From: Ignavibacteriota bacterium | GTDB taxonomy: Bacteria > Bacteroidota > Ignavibacteria > UBA10030 | Assembly: GCA_963701295.1 (NCBI GenBank) | Contig: OY969585.1 | Coordinates: 1,504,001-1,568,000 of the forward strand | DNA length: 64,000 nucleotides | Direction: 5' to 3' | In this document: piece by piece, positions 43,469 through 54,436 of the stretch | Numbering within the stretch: the first letter of the stretch is position 1 | Layout: each line of letters opens with the position of its first letter | Made by a program: the position numbers and the translations under genes | Notes under the pieces: generated by a model | Databases searched by the model: none | The model's input: only the letters and a program-made list of their open reading frames with translations | What the model was told of the DNA's origin: nothing

Positions 43469-44377
43469 CTATTTTCCTGTGAATAAATCCATCAGGCGGT
43501 CGAAGTCATCGAGAGAATAATATTCAACAATAATCTCGCCGCGTCCTTGTCCTTTTGTCCGGACTTTTACTTTTGTGCCGAGTGCTTGGCGCAGCTGCGC
43601 TTCTAAATTTTGGATGCCTGCCGGCGTACCGGTGCTCTCTTTATGTGTCCCGGATTTCTTTTTCGGCTGTTGTGCCGCACGGACAATGTCTTCCACTTTG
43701 CGTACCGATAATCCGTTGTCGACTATTTTTTCAAACAGCCGTATTTGCATCCGTTCATTTGGAAGCGAAATAAGCGCGCGCGCGTGTCCCATGGAAATTT
43801 TTTCTTTACGCAAACCCTCTTGAATTTTTCCCGGCAGCTTCAACAAACGAATGAAATTTGTGACCGTGCTGCGGTCCTTACCGACACGTTTTGCGATGTC
43901 TTCCTGATTGATATGGCATTCGTCCATAAGACGCTGGTAAGCGTTGGCAATTTCCATTGGGTTCAAATACTCGCGCTGGATATTTTCGATGAGCGCGAGT
44001 TCCAGCATTTCTTCATCGGTTGCAACGGCAATGATATATGCAGGAATGTGCCGCAAATGTGCAGCCTGTGCCGCCCGCAGACGCCGTTCACCGGAAATGA
44101 GCTGATATGTGCCATCGAATCGGCGTACAGTGATCGGTTGGATAACGCCTTTTTCTAGAATGGATCGGGTAAGCTCTGCAAGAGATTCTTGATCGAAATC
44201 AATGCGCGGCTGGAATGGATTTGGTCGTATCTTGGCAATGTCAATACTGGCGATGATGCCTATCTCACCGGTATCCCGACCAATAGAACCATCGCGAACA
44301 TTTACTTCTATCCTTGAATTTTTCGGGATAAGAGCGTTCAGTCCACGCCCAAGAACCGATTTTTTTTGATCGACCAT
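43469..44377 (-). CDS. parB: Chromosome partitioning protein ParB
   Basis: [34 protein letters not shown]. Confidence 0.96.
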   Translation of the reverse strand: MVDQKKSVLGRGLNALIPKNSRIEVNVRDGSIGRDTGEIGIIASIDIAKIRPNPFQPRIDFDQESLAELTRSILEKGVIQPITVRRFDGTYQLISGERRLRAAQAAHLRHIPAYIIAVATDEEMLELALIENIQREYLNPMEIANAYQRLMDECHINQEDIAKRVGKDRSTVTNFIRLLKLPGKIQEGLRKEKISMGHARALISLPNERMQIRLFEKIVDNGLSVRKVEDIVRAAQQPKKKSGTHKESTGTPAGIQNLEAQLRQALGTKVKVRTKGQGRGEIIVEYYSLDDFDRLMDLFTGK

Positions 44378-44380
44378 ATA

Positions 44381-45190
44381 TTATATCCTACCGACAGGTT
44401 CCTGATGTATTAGCGGTTCGATAGAGAAAAACTTGTTGTTCTTTAAAACTTCTTTCGCTAATTCCATGTAATTACGAGTGCCGATGCAAATAGCATCGTA
44501 CAAAATGATCGGTTTGCCAAAACTGGGTGCCTCGCTCAATCGGATGTTGCGTGAAACGATGGTAGTAAATACTTTATCACCGAAGTAGCGTTTTACTTCT
44601 TCCACAATTTGGTTGGAGAGCCGAAGCCTTGAATCGAACATCGTCAACAGAACACCTTCGATATCGAGATTGGGATTCAGTGTCTTCTTGACCATGTTGA
44701 TGGTACTGAAGAGCTGACCGAGTCCTTCCAGAGCAAAGTATTCGCACTGGACAGGAATGAGGACAGAATCCGCTGCCGTTAAAGCATTGAGTGTCAGCAA
44801 GCCAAGCGAGGGCGGACAATCTACAATAATGAAATCGAATCGGTCACGCACCGGTTGGAGCGCAGTTGTGAGAAGCCGTTCCCGATCTTCCATTCCTACC
44901 ATTTCGATTTCGGCGCCGACAAGATTGATGTGCGATGGAAGGATGGAGAGGTACGGCATTTGCGTCGGCTGGATTGCCGCCGCCGCTTCCACTTCTCCAA
45001 CAATTACCTCGTAAATGGTTTTCTTATCAATGCTGGTGGAGCCGACACCACTTGTGGCGTTCGCTTGCGGGTCATTATCGACGAGCAATGTGCGTTTCTC
45101 CGCTGCCGCAAGCGAAGCTGCAAGATTGATAGCAGTTGTGGTTTTGCCAACACCACCTTTTTGATTTGCTACGACGATTATTTTTGCCAC
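44381..45190 (-). CDS. parA: Chromosome partitioning ATPase ParA/Soj
   Basis: NQKGGVGKTTT, DCPPSLGLLT, PVQCEYFALEG, RLSEAPSFG; GTG start. Confidence 0.96.
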   Translation of the reverse strand: MAKIIVVANQKGGVGKTTTAINLAASLAAAEKRTLLVDNDPQANATSGVGSTSIDKKTIYEVIVGEVEAAAAIQPTQMPYLSILPSHINLVGAEIEMVGMEDRERLLTTALQPVRDRFDFIIVDCPPSLGLLTLNALTAADSVLIPVQCEYFALEGLGQLFSTINMVKKTLNPNLDIEGVLLTMFDSRLRLSNQIVEEVKRYFGDKVFTTIVSRNIRLSEAPSFGKPIILYDAICIGTRNYMELAKEVLKNNKFFSIEPLIHQEPVGRI

Positions 45191-45288
45191 AATGATCCGG
45201 TCGTTCCTGGAGGTGTATACTTCATTGCGAAAAATATACTGCCTTTTTTCTGCTCAAGCAACCGATGAAATAAGACGGAGGTATGTTC

Positions 45289-45720
45289 TCAGGATGCAAC
45301 ATCACACTTCTTGTGAAATGGCTCCGGCAGGGGAGAAATCTTACGTGTTTGCGGATTTATGAATACAATACCAGTTTTTACACGCGCAACTTCTTTACAC
45401 GTTGCTTTATTGATGAGTCTGAAAATGAAATCGCAATTTGTCGTCTGAAAGTCGGTGACCCCAGCTTCTATCGTTAATATGTCTCCATATAATCCTTCTG
45501 AAGAATAAACAACAACTGCATCTGTCATCATAATTCCCAATCCTTCGATATTTAGTTCAGAATAACCAAGGTTCTGGAGAAATTGAATACGTGCTTCATG
45601 AACGATGGAGAGCACAGCATCATTGCCGAGATGACCGCCGTAGTTGATGTCACTTATACGGATTGGAATTTCAGTTCTAAACGGAAGATAGGTGGGGAGT
45701 ATCAGTTTTACGCGAGCCAT
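45289..45720 (-). CDS. Hot-dog fold acyl-CoA thioesterase
   Basis: RISDINYGGHLGND..HEARIQF. Confidence 0.88.
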   Translation of the reverse strand: MARVKLILPTYLPFRTEIPIRISDINYGGHLGNDAVLSIVHEARIQFLQNLGYSELNIEGLGIMMTDAVVVYSSEGLYGDILTIEAGVTDFQTTNCDFIFRLINKATCKEVARVKTGIVFINPQTRKISPLPEPFHKKCDVAS

Positions 45721-45905
45721 ATATGTTTCCCATGAGAATTTCTAATCAGTATCCCAACAGTTGTTTATATTGATGAAAGGTACAAGAATTCTTGAAATAA
45801 TGCAGAAGTCTTCGGAATGAACATTTGGATGGAAAATTGGTCAATATCCATGCAACTTAAATTGCTAGATCATCGTAAATAAATGAGTAACAATGGAAAT
45901 TACCT

Positions 45906-46103
45906 ATGACAACCTTTATTCTTTGGCTCATCCTTTTCTTACTCTGCTGGCCATTAGCATTGCTGGCGTTTGTACTCTATCCAATCGTTTGGCTTCTTAT
46001 GCTGCCATTCCGCGTCATTGGCTTGACGGTGAAGGGATTGTTTGAATTTCTCACTGCGTTGATACTCCTGCCAGCAAGAATTCTTCGTGCATCCAAAGGG
46101 TAG
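45906..46103 (+). CDS. Small hydrophobic membrane protein (65 aa)
   Basis: Leu/Pro-rich TM pattern CWPLALL..LYPIVWLL.LPFR; ATG start. Confidence 0.7.
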   Translation: MTTFILWLILFLLCWPLALLAFVLYPIVWLLMLPFRVIGLTVKGLFEFLTALILLPARILRASKG

Positions 46104-46238
46104 GCAGAACTACTTTCCTAGTGCTTGTTCCTTCAGTATTGTTTTTTTCCTTCCTCCGAATGATTTTCCGGTGATATCCCGTTGCAATTAGACGCATTTT
46201 TCGGTACCGTTTCATAAAATAATCTGATAAGTATCTCT

Positions 46239-48998
46239 GTGCATCTACGAATATTTTGTATAATTTTCATTCTCTTGTTGACGGTGCCAACTCTGATTTG
46301 CGCACAAAGCACTGCTCATCTGCAGGCCTGTGTCACAATTATTCGGCCGGAATTTGGTGAAGGTGCATACCGCTATCCCCATTTGCTTTCCTGCAGATCT
46401 GTGCAACATCCGCGCATTGCTGTGGTATTCAGTGGAGGTGGCGCGCGCGGTGTAGCTTCTATAGGTGTGCTGCGTGTGTTGGAACGAAACGATATTCCCA
46501 TTGATCTTATTGTAGGCACAAGCATGGGCAGCGTTATTGGCGGTTTGTATGCAATGGGATATTCCCCTAACCAGCTTCAGCAAATGATTGATACAACAAA
46601 TTGGGAAGACTTACTCAGCTATACGGATGAAGCACGGCGGCGTGATATGTTTTTGGATCAAAAAATTGCGCGTGATAAGAGCGTACTGGTGCTTCGATTT
46701 GAAGGACTCACGCCGGTCATTCCGGAGGCATTCTCCACAGGTCAGCGGTTGACGAATTATCTCAACATCCTCACACTTCAAGCTCTCTACAAACCTGAAC
46801 CAAGCTTTGACGATCTCCGTATTCCATTCCGGGCTGTGACGACAGATCTGGTGACTGGAAAACGTATTATCCTTGATCGAGGAGATATGACGGAAGCGCT
46901 CCGTGCAAGTTTATCCGTGCCTTTGCTTTTTAGCAGCGTTCCGCGTGATTCCATGCAGCTTCTTGATGGCGGTTTGATAGATAATCTTCCTGTCGATGTG
47001 GCGATTGCGCATCATGCAAATATCGTTGTCGCGGTTGATATGGTCAGCCCGCTCAGACCGAAAAGTAAACTGAATGCACCATGGGAAATTGCAGATCAAA
47101 TTACTACTATTATGATGCAAGAGGCGACCAAGTTAGCACGTGCGAAAGCGAATATTGTTATTACCCCAAAATTGGGTGATCATTTATCTTCCGACTTTAC
47201 AAACCTTGATTCTTTAATTATTGCCGGTGAAATCGCTGCCGAAGAATCACTTCCCATGTTCAAGAAACTCATCAGTGAATGTACGCTCAAAAAATATCAG
47301 GCGGACAGCACAATACGGTACAAGCGGCCTCGGTTTTCTTGGACAAGTGAACTACCGTCAGAGTATCAAGACAGCCTTCAGATGTATGAGAAACGAGGCT
47401 GGGTAACAAAAATGGATCTGCAAATTCTTGTCAATGATATGTATGAACAAGGTGACTATGCCGCTGTGGAGGAATTTGTTGAACAGCAGATGGATTCTAC
47501 TATTATAAAAATTGTCCTTTCACCCAACCCTATTTTATGCGACATAAACATATTGGGAAATTCTATTTTTCCTGCCGATACATTGCTTTCGGTATTCCGG
47601 TCGTTGTATGGGCAGCACCTAAATATCAAACGAATAACGCTCGCCTTCGAAAGTCTCCTTGCGATGTATAGAACGTCCGGTTACCCACTTGCCCGCATAT
47701 TAAAGGTGCAATTTGATTCGACATCGAACAGGATCAACATCGTTTTAGACGAAGGTGTTGTATCTCGTACGGATATTTACGGCACAACGAAGACTCGTGA
47801 TTGGGTTCTCAGGCGTGAATTGCCATGGCATGAGAACGATCTGTTGACTCTCTCAAAGGTCTCACAAGGAATGGCAAATCTCTATGGGACAAATCTTTTC
47901 GAGCAGATGCATCTTTCCGTCCATCATGAAGGCGATAGCAGCCAATGGAATGTTACTACGGTTCATGCTCATGAACGCAATACGGAATTAATCCGCTTCG
48001 GGCTCCGAGTAGATGACGAACGCAATATTCAGCCATCCATCGATGTACGGGACGAAAATTTGTTTGGCGCTGGTGCAGAAATCGGCTTGCTGATTGGAGG
48101 AGGGACGCGAAATCAGAGCTATGTCGCTGAGATCAAGGCAACGCGCATTTTCAACACATACCTGACGTTCAATCTGAAGGGGTATTCGGTCATCCGCGAT
48201 GTGAATTTTTATGACGATGCACCGACAAATAATTCACTCTGGTTCGAACGTATTTGTGTAGGAGAATATGAAGAGCGCCGTAATGGTGGCTTGATGAGTT
48301 TCGGCGCTCAACTCGAAAGACTCGGCAGTGTTACCATCGAAGGGCGGTTAGAAAAAATCAATGTAGATAATATTATCAATTCTACTATCACCGATCAAGG
48401 ATACAATATTTCGTCTATCCGATTTGGTACGAACGTGGATACGCAGGACAAATTTCCGTATCCGACCGATGGAATTGTTATGAATTTCTCCTATGAATCA
48501 GCGTTGATGAAACTGGTCGATGCACCGGGATTTACGAAAATGTACTTTTCATACGAAACGTACCATACAATGTACATAGGACACGTGATTCATCCTCGAT
48601 TCGAGATCGGTATGGCGGATGAAACTTTGCCGATCAGCGAACAATTTTCGCTTGGCGGTCAGCAAGATTTTTTTGGGTTTCGAGAAGATAATACGCGCGG
48701 CCGGCAATTATTGGCAGCAAGTTTGGAGTATCAATACAAACTACCATTCGAGCTCTTTTTTGATACCTATTTCAAAGCACGCTATGACTTTGGCTCTGTA
48801 TGGGCAAAAACAGAAGAAATGCGGTTAAAGGATTTTAAGCATGGTATTGGAGTAACGATCGGATTGGATACACCTATTGGTCCGGCAGAGTTTTCGCTTG
48901 GCCGCAGTTTTTATTTCATAAACCGTTCAGTGAGCTTTGGGCCGTTTGCAGCATACTTTAGTATCGGTTATCCTATTTTTGGGGTTGTGAGGAATTAA
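46239..48998 (+). CDS. Patatin-like phospholipase + POTRA + Omp85 barrel (PlpD/type Vd-like)
   Basis: Signal peptide; SGGGARG, GTSMG, DGG; POTRA-like repeats (GTTKTRDWVLRRE); barrel motifs QFSLGG...GFRE and TPIGPAEFSLG. Confidence 0.88.
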   Translation: MHLRIFCIIFILLLTVPTLICAQSTAHLQACVTIIRPEFGEGAYRYPHLLSCRSVQHPRIAVVFSGGGARGVASIGVLRVLERNDIPIDLIVGTSMGSVIGGLYAMGYSPNQLQQMIDTTNWEDLLSYTDEARRRDMFLDQKIARDKSVLVLRFEGLTPVIPEAFSTGQRLTNYLNILTLQALYKPEPSFDDLRIPFRAVTTDLVTGKRIILDRGDMTEALRASLSVPLLFSSVPRDSMQLLDGGLIDNLPVDVAIAHHANIVVAVDMVSPLRPKSKLNAPWEIADQITTIMMQEATKLARAKANIVITPKLGDHLSSDFTNLDSLIIAGEIAAEESLPMFKKLISECTLKKYQADSTIRYKRPRFSWTSELPSEYQDSLQMYEKRGWVTKMDLQILVNDMYEQGDYAAVEEFVEQQMDSTIIKIVLSPNPILCDINILGNSIFPADTLLSVFRSLYGQHLNIKRITLAFESLLAMYRTSGYPLARILKVQFDSTSNRINIVLDEGVVSRTDIYGTTKTRDWVLRRELPWHENDLLTLSKVSQGMANLYGTNLFEQMHLSVHHEGDSSQWNVTTVHAHERNTELIRFGLRVDDERNIQPSIDVRDENLFGAGAEIGLLIGGGTRNQSYVAEIKATRIFNTYLTFNLKGYSVIRDVNFYDDAPTNNSLWFERICVGEYEERRNGGLMSFGAQLERLGSVTIEGRLEKINVDNIINSTITDQGYNISSIRFGTNVDTQDKFPYPTDGIVMNFSYESALMKLVDAPGFTKMYFSYETYHTMYIGHVIHPRFEIGMADETLPISEQFSLGGQQDFFGFREDNTRGRQLLAASLEYQYKLPFELFFDTYFKARYDFGSVWAKTEEMRLKDFKHGIGVTIGLDTPIGPAEFSLGRSFYFINRSVSFGPFAAYFSIGYPIFGVVRN

Positions 48999-49079
48999 AG
49001 GAAAATAAGTAACTTGTTGTACTGATGGACCGTATCTATGGATACGGTATTCATGGTCAAATATAGTTAGAGATCAACA

Positions 49080-51617
49080 ATGACAAATCTATTTTCTAAC
49101 TTATCGGCTCGATCCATCAGAGCTATCTATACCGTAGTAGCCCTGATTGTATTGAGTGTATGTCTAATGAACTTCTATGTTCAGATGTTCGAGCGTATTG
49201 TTGGTAATGATCAATGTCGATGGGTGCCGAAAGGCGAATCGCGTTTGTTGATTACCGATATTGTAAGCGGTGGTGTTTCAGATCAGGCGGGAATCAAAGA
49301 CGGCGATGTTCTTATTAGAATTGATGAACTGCAGTTCAAGCGTGATCTTGACGCACAGGAAATCATTAATAACAAGGTTGGTTCATACGCAACTTATACT
49401 TTGGAACGAGATGGTGCTCAATTTGACAAACGCATACTCATTCTTAAAGCAATTGATTTAGAGTATGTTTCACAATTGCTCTTTGGGTTGGGTTTTTTGC
49501 TTGTGGGGTATATTGTTGTAATGGTCAAGCCGCAGGGAAGTCTCCAGAGAATGTTTGGCCGTTTCAGTATTGTTTCCATGCTCTTCTTCGGGCTTTCTAC
49601 GTTGAACCAAAACCCAATAACCGATCCTCGCTGGCGGATTATTACGCTTAGTATTTTCTTTATTATAGGTTCTATTTTCGCACCAATTTTTGTGCGGTTC
49701 TTTTTATTCTTTCCTATCAAGAGAAAGGGGTACAATAGCAAACTCCTTTCAATTCTCCTGTATGTCCTCAGTGTTTCATTTATGGTCGCGCTCATTTTAC
49801 TGACTATTTCCTATTTTAAAGGTATGGATCAGTTTCGTCAATATATTAACGCCGTTTTTTTCTTTCGATATGGATTTTTCCTTGCAGGATTTGCTATTTT
49901 TATCCAAAGCTACTATAGCAATTCCATAAAAGGACGGCGCAGTCAACTTCGACCTATACTTATTGGTGTCGCCATTGGCATCTTAATGTTCAGCTACGCT
50001 CTTATAGTTCAAGCGAGATATCGATTTATTGCATTTATCAATCCTACAATTTTGTTGCCGGTGCTGCTACTGGCTTTTGTACCTGTAGCTTTTGGTTATG
50101 CAATCTTCCGGCATCGGTTGATGGATATAGATGTTGTCATCCGGCGTAGTTTGATTTATGGAACTGTTACGGCATCATTGGCAGCGATTTATTTAGTCTC
50201 TGTTTACGGTATAGGTACGCTTGTGAATTACTTTTTTGGTGAACAAGAGAATCATTTGCTTATTATTGTATCACTGGTGGTAGTTGCTTTTGTGTTCGAT
50301 CCAGTCAAACAGAGATTTCAAAATGGGATCGATCGAATATTCTTCCATGAAAGGTACGATTATCAGCGGGCATTACTGGAATTCACACAAGAACTCCCGC
50401 GCTTAATGGAGATGGAACATATTCTTCATTCAATTGTCTCGCGACTCTCCTCAATTATGCACATCGAAAAATTGTCTGTCTTTATTTGCGGAGAAAAAGA
50501 AGGATGCAAAACGGCCGCACAGAACATAGATCAAACAGATTGCACGTTTAGTGACGGTGAAAACACACTGATGGCACTCTTACAGAAAACACGTAAGCCA
50601 GTTGATCTTCATCTTCTTGATGATGAGTATGATGTGACTGAGGTGAAGAGCGAAGAAAAACAAAAACTTCTCCGGGCCGGTGTGGTGTTATCGGTGCCTA
50701 TGTTTCTGCAAGATCGTTTGGTAGGATTTATCAATGTTGGGCCGAAAATGTCGGGGAAAGTATATTCGCAAGAAGATATCAATTTGCTGGCGACCGTTGC
50801 TGGACAAGCCGCTATTGCCATCGAGAACTCGCGTTTGCATAAATCCGAGATCGAACAGGGGCGTATCAAAGAAGAACTGGATCTGGCGCGGAAAATTCAG
50901 CAAGGCCTGTTCCCGAAAGCGAGTCCTGAGATTACCGGTCTCGATATTGCCGGTGTATCAGTCCCGGCACTGAGCGTTGGCGGGGATTACTACGACTTTG
51001 TCCAACTTGGTCCCAAAAAAATTCTTGCCGTTGTGGCAGATGTCTCCGGCAAGGGAATGTCTGCTGCGTTGTATATGTCGAAAATTCAGGGGATGGTCCA
51101 GCTTGCGGCACATATGTACGATACACCGAAGGAGATGCTCGTCAACATTAATCGGCGTATATTCGACGGGCTTGATCGTAAATCGTTTATCACGATGATT
51201 CTCGCACTTTTCGATTTGAAGAAAAAAGAAGTACGCATTTGCCGCGCCGGACACAATAAGGCACTTTTGAGTGTGAATGGAAAAATTCGTTTCCTTGAAG
51301 GCGGTGGAATTGGGTTGGGGTTAGAACGCGGCCCATTATTCGAGAATGCTATTGAAGAAGTACGGATTCCGATCAAATCGGAAAGTCTTTTCCTCTTTTA
51401 TACTGATGGTATCACCGAAGCGATGAATGAAAAGCAGCAGCAGCTGGGTGAAGATGCAATCGTGCATGTGTTGAAAAAGAAACGGCTTCTACCTGCAGCA
51501 AGAATCCAACAAGCAATTCTTACGGCCGTAGAAAAATTTCGCGGTACTGCTGAACAGCATGATGATGTAACGATGGTGGTAGTTAAAAGCGTGTCAACAA
51601 AGAAAGTAAAAAGATAG
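49080..51617 (+). CDS. Membrane sensor: PDZ + multi-TM + GAF + PP2C/SpoIIE phosphatase
   Basis: AGIKDGDVLIRID (PDZ); several TM helices; GAF ...YSQEDINLL..VAGQAAIAIEN; VGGDYYD, ADVSGKG, YTDGITEA, DDVTMVV. Confidence 0.9.
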   Translation: MTNLFSNLSARSIRAIYTVVALIVLSVCLMNFYVQMFERIVGNDQCRWVPKGESRLLITDIVSGGVSDQAGIKDGDVLIRIDELQFKRDLDAQEIINNKVGSYATYTLERDGAQFDKRILILKAIDLEYVSQLLFGLGFLLVGYIVVMVKPQGSLQRMFGRFSIVSMLFFGLSTLNQNPITDPRWRIITLSIFFIIGSIFAPIFVRFFLFFPIKRKGYNSKLLSILLYVLSVSFMVALILLTISYFKGMDQFRQYINAVFFFRYGFFLAGFAIFIQSYYSNSIKGRRSQLRPILIGVAIGILMFSYALIVQARYRFIAFINPTILLPVLLLAFVPVAFGYAIFRHRLMDIDVVIRRSLIYGTVTASLAAIYLVSVYGIGTLVNYFFGEQENHLLIIVSLVVVAFVFDPVKQRFQNGIDRIFFHERYDYQRALLEFTQELPRLMEMEHILHSIVSRLSSIMHIEKLSVFICGEKEGCKTAAQNIDQTDCTFSDGENTLMALLQKTRKPVDLHLLDDEYDVTEVKSEEKQKLLRAGVVLSVPMFLQDRLVGFINVGPKMSGKVYSQEDINLLATVAGQAAIAIENSRLHKSEIEQGRIKEELDLARKIQQGLFPKASPEITGLDIAGVSVPALSVGGDYYDFVQLGPKKILAVVADVSGKGMSAALYMSKIQGMVQLAAHMYDTPKEMLVNINRRIFDGLDRKSFITMILALFDLKKKEVRICRAGHNKALLSVNGKIRFLEGGGIGLGLERGPLFENAIEEVRIPIKSESLFLFYTDGITEAMNEKQQQLGEDAIVHVLKKKRLLPAARIQQAILTAVEKFRGTAEQHDDVTMVVVKSVSTKKVKR

Positions 51618-51794
51618 AAGGTAAAAGTTAAAAAGCTCTTTTATGCGTTTCTCTTCATATCCCCATCAAATGTCTACCGGTTCATTTCTTTAATCTGATC
51701 TCTATATTTTGTTTGTCTCGTTTCTTTGTCTTTTCTTTGAAAACTCTCTATATTCATAGAGATTCTTTTTTTATAATAGAATTTAATAGAACGT

Positions 51795-52061
51795 ATGACG
51801 ACAAAACCTCCATCATCCATTGTAGAATTTCCGGCCGAGTCGCTGGAAAAATTCGCATACAGCATTACCGCGGAAATTCCAGCGCAAGAACCGAATGATA
51901 ATAATCGTCTTGGCTATTGTCTGTGGGGATGGTTGAGCGAACGGCGTGGATCACTGCTGCAGGCTATTCATGCGGCAGGCGCTCGCACAAAACTTACCGA
52001 TGAAGAAATTTCCTCCATAATAAGTAAGCGGCTCGAAGAAAAGGGTATCAAGTTTTCCTAA
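51795..52061 (+). CDS. Hypothetical protein (88 aa)
   Basis: ATG-started ORF with protein-like composition in a co-directional gene run. Confidence 0.65.
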   Translation: MTTKPPSSIVEFPAESLEKFAYSITAEIPAQEPNDNNRLGYCLWGWLSERRGSLLQAIHAAGARTKLTDEEISSIISKRLEEKGIKFS

Positions 52062-52129
52062 CGAAGGAATGAGAAATTCTGCATTCTTATAATGTTATAC
52101 TTTATTGTCTTACTATGAGTTAAAACAGT

Positions 52130-52723
52130 ATGCTCTATACTTATAAAATTTTTATTCTTTCTTTCATTCCATTATTTGTTGCCATTGATGTCTTGGGATT
52201 AGTGCCGATCTTTCTGACACTCACGGGTGAGATGAATCATAAGGAGAAAAAAAAACTCATCACGGATGCAACGTTGACTGCGCTTGCTGTTTCATTGGTG
52301 TTTCTGTTCGGCGGCAGAATGATTTTTAATTTTCTTGGAATCACAGAAAACGATTTTCGTGTTGGCGGTGGCATTGTTCTTTTGGTACTTGCCATTGTGG
52401 ATCTCATCTTTGCCGGCGAAGAAAATCGGACACCCCAAACATCTGTAGGTGTTGTTCCCATCGGTATCCCGCTCATCATTGGTCCCGCCGTGCTCACGAC
52501 GCTCCTGATTGTTGTAGATGCATATGGGTATCTGGCTGCGGTGATAGGATTACTGGCAAATCTTTTTCTTGTTTGGCTGATCTTCCGAAATTCCAATCTT
52601 ATCATACGGATTATGGGAGACGCGGGCTCGAAGGCATTCGCGAAAGTTGCGGCACTCTTTATGGCGGCTATTGCGATTATGATGATACGTGTTGGACTGA
52701 CTGCAATGATTTCTGCAAAATAA
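52130..52723 (+). CDS. MarC family membrane protein
   Basis: PLFVAID..G.VPIF, FRVGGGIVL, VPIGIPLIIGP. Confidence 0.92.
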   Translation: MLYTYKIFILSFIPLFVAIDVLGLVPIFLTLTGEMNHKEKKKLITDATLTALAVSLVFLFGGRMIFNFLGITENDFRVGGGIVLLVLAIVDLIFAGEENRTPQTSVGVVPIGIPLIIGPAVLTTLLIVVDAYGYLAAVIGLLANLFLVWLIFRNSNLIIRIMGDAGSKAFAKVAALFMAAIAIMMIRVGLTAMISAK

Positions 52724-52727
52724 CTAC

Positions 52728-53519
52728 ATGAACCTGGGACTAAAAAATAAAATAGCAATTGTTACTGCGGCAAGCCAAGGACTTGGTAAAGCATCCGCGC
52801 TGGCGCTGGCACAGGAAGGCGCAACCGTCGTTATCTGCTCACGGAGACAGAAAGAAATTACAGAAGCGGCAAATGAAATTCAGAGAACCACGAATGCAAC
52901 TGTTATTCCGTTGGTTGCCAATGTTGCCAAGCCGGGAGACATCGAGCTATTGGTTGCAGAAACAAAGGGGCGCTTCGGCACTGTACACGTGCTTGTCAAT
53001 AATGCGGGCGGCCCACCTACCGGCGACATTCTCTCGTTGAAGGATGAAGATTGGCAGAAGGGACACGACCTGACACTCATGAGTATGGTGCGTCTCACTC
53101 GCGCTGTTCTTCCGATGATGATTCAACAGCAATGGGGAAGAATTATCACCATTACATCGATTGCCGCAAAGCAGCCGATCAACGAATTGCTTCTTTCTTC
53201 TGCAATTCGCCCCGGAATTCTCGGACTCACAAAAGTGCTTGCGAACCGGTACGCAAAAGATAATATTACCGTGAATACAGTGTGCCCCGGTAACGTTCTG
53301 ACCAAGCGGCAGGAAGAACTCGCAGCATCGCGAGCAGCCGCACAGAATATTTCCAAGGAGCAATATTTGAAAGAGACTGCAGGTGCTATTCCCGCCGGTA
53401 GACTCGGTAAGCCAGAAGAAATTGGCAATGTTATCGCATTCCTCGCATCTGAGCAAGCAAGTTATGTCAATGGAGTGAATATGCTTGTTGACGGTAGTGC
53501 TACTAAGGGAATCCATTGA
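52728..53519 (+). CDS. SDR family oxidoreductase
   Basis: VTAASQGLG, LVNNAGGP, NTVCPG, GRLGKPEE. Confidence 0.92.
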   Translation: MNLGLKNKIAIVTAASQGLGKASALALAQEGATVVICSRRQKEITEAANEIQRTTNATVIPLVANVAKPGDIELLVAETKGRFGTVHVLVNNAGGPPTGDILSLKDEDWQKGHDLTLMSMVRLTRAVLPMMIQQQWGRIITITSIAAKQPINELLLSSAIRPGILGLTKVLANRYAKDNITVNTVCPGNVLTKRQEELAASRAAAQNISKEQYLKETAGAIPAGRLGKPEEIGNVIAFLASEQASYVNGVNMLVDGSATKGIH

Positions 53520-53563
53520 AATAATATAAATCGGATCATCACTCTATTTCAGAAAGTATTCGC

Positions 53564-54358
53564 ATGCACGACATCTTGAACGCTATTTTCTTGGGCATTA
53601 TCGAAGGTGTCACAGAATTTCTCCCGATCTCCAGCACCGGACATCTCCTCATTGCAGAAAAGCTGGGATTGGGACACCGCTCGGATTTGTTCAACGTCGT
53701 TATTCAGGCGGGCGCCATTCTCGCTGTCACAATCATTTATTGGGAGCGGTTGGTTTCCCTTGTGACCGGTTTTGCCAAGAAGGAGAATCGGGACTACGCG
53801 CTCAAACTCCTCACGGCGTTCTTCATCACTGGCGTACTGGGGTTAATTGCCACCAAGCTCGGTTTCAAATTACCGGAGGCGATTACTCCAGTTGCGTGGG
53901 CTCTTCTTATCGGCGGCGTTTGGATTCTCGTTGCAGAGTGGCTTGCAGCAAAGAAGGCAGACAGGACCAACGTCAGCTGGCTTGTCGCCGTTGTTGCTGG
54001 GTTTGCACAGATTGTTGCAGCGATCTTTCCGGGTTCATCCCGCTCCGGCGTTACAATCTTTGCCTGCATGCTTGCCGGTACCAGCAACCGTGCAGCCGCA
54101 ACCGAATTCACATTCCTTATCGGCATTCCCACGATGTATGCGGCTAGCGGAAAACTTTTATGGGATGCGTACAAGCATGGCAGTGGAGGAGAGAACTGGG
54201 GCGAGCTTGGCATCGCGTTCATTGTTTCGACGATCACGGCATTCCTTGTTGTCAAATGGCTACTGCGATATATTCAAACGCATCGTTTCACACCTTTTGC
54301 CATCTACCGTATCATTCTTGGTGGAGCTATTCTCGCATTCTTCCTATTCGTTGGATAG
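53564..54358 (+). CDS. uppP: Undecaprenyl-diphosphate phosphatase
   Basis: GIIEGVTEFLPISSTGHL, PGSSRSG, FAIYRI. Confidence 0.95.
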   Translation: MHDILNAIFLGIIEGVTEFLPISSTGHLLIAEKLGLGHRSDLFNVVIQAGAILAVTIIYWERLVSLVTGFAKKENRDYALKLLTAFFITGVLGLIATKLGFKLPEAITPVAWALLIGGVWILVAEWLAAKKADRTNVSWLVAVVAGFAQIVAAIFPGSSRSGVTIFACMLAGTSNRAAATEFTFLIGIPTMYAASGKLLWDAYKHGSGGENWGELGIAFIVSTITAFLVVKWLLRYIQTHRFTPFAIYRIILGGAILAFFLFVG

Positions 54359-54436
54359 TTCTGCATTATTTTTGAAAAAGATCCATCTCTTTTTTTTACA
54401 TCTTGTATCAGAGTGGACTTTTATCTCAGAGATTCT

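Noticed and set aside
43469-45190. parS sites or oriC near parAB
   Set aside because: Only partial matches to TGTTTCACGTGAAACA (for example near 55085 and 56700, inside CDS); no DnaA-box cluster noticed
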